Of a DNA stretch of 64,000 nucleotides, positions 63,967 through 64,000 are shown piece by piece. Source of the stretch: an uncultured Candidatus Saccharibacteria bacterium (lineage in GTDB: Bacteria > Patescibacteriota > Saccharimonadia > Saccharimonadales > UBA7683); contig CAZWBG010000002.1 in NCBI GenBank assembly GCA_964632215.1, positions 8,561 to 72,560 of the forward strand, given 5' to 3'. The notes under the pieces were generated by a model. The model was given only the letters and a program-made list of their open reading frames with translations, did not search any database and was not told the origin of the DNA. A program made the position numbers and the translations under genes. Numbering within the stretch: the stretch's first letter is position 1; each line of letters begins with the position of its first letter.

Positions 63967-64000
63967 TACTCAGTACTTAGTCCTTTGGGGCTGAAAGACT

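Noticed and set aside
63001-63994. Overlapping ORFs 63001..63369(-), 63525..63779(-), 63569..63994(+) and 63589..63906(-).
   Set aside because: Multi-frame open reading is expected in GC-rich DNA. Only 63136..63966 has a Shine-Dalgarno, a promoter and a leader upstream, and it is the longest. The others are Arg/Pro/Gly-rich shadow frames.
1-64000. I looked for CRISPR arrays, transposases/IS ends, integrases, reverse transcriptases (DGR/retron), and rRNA or tRNA genes.
   Set aside because: I saw no regularly spaced direct repeats, no recognisable transposase, integrase or reverse-transcriptase motifs in any listed ORF, and no rRNA- or tRNA-like segments. The absence is by eye only and should be confirmed with tRNAscan-SE, Infernal and a CRISPR finder.

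Overview
Dense 64-kb chromosomal segment with about 69 protein-coding genes. By eye I found no rRNA, tRNA, CRISPR array, transposase or integrase. The standard genetic code applies: TGA is used as a stop, and both RF1 and RF2 are present. Gene content suggests a reduced-genome bacterium with a Gram-positive-type envelope, plausibly Patescibacteria/CPR (Saccharibacteria-like); this is inference only. The supporting content is an archaeal-type ProRS, dimeric GlyRS, an LCP protein, a FemAB protein, an LAQTG sortase-type signal, PcsB-like CHAP hydrolases next to ftsEX, a short EF-Ts, many membrane-anchored orphans and very few biosynthetic genes. Layout: 0-9 kb is the most accessory-looking part. 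It holds an SDR operon with an HTH-less copy of the neighbouring TrmB-like regulator's C-terminal domain, a repeat-containing orphan, a Doc/AbrB toxin-antitoxin pair, a PLP decarboxylase, a collagen/YadA-like surface protein with a divergent XRE regulator, and an acidic orphan. 9-23 kb is housekeeping: glyQS, a recO-response regulator-histidine kinase operon, xseAB, rpmA and pyrG. 23.7-33.6 kb is a cell-envelope supercluster: S41 peptidase, FemAB, two PcsB-like hydrolases, ftsEX, murI and murD, with prfB embedded. 34-62.8 kb is again housekeeping: secA, hpf, serS, a lysS with a C-terminal extra domain, greA, proS, rseP-uppS-frr-tsf-rpsB, rpmE-prfA-prmC, an LCP gene, lepB and parAB. At about 63.1 kb composition shifts visibly to higher G+C, downstream of a near-consensus promoter and a structured leader. 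Several genes have a -10 element only 6-9 nt from the start codon, which suggests leaderless mRNAs. No single obvious novel system (for example a defence island) is evident. The best candidates for follow-up are listed in the findings with modest interest scores. All calls rest on the supplied ORF track plus motif recognition by eye; no searches or computations were run.
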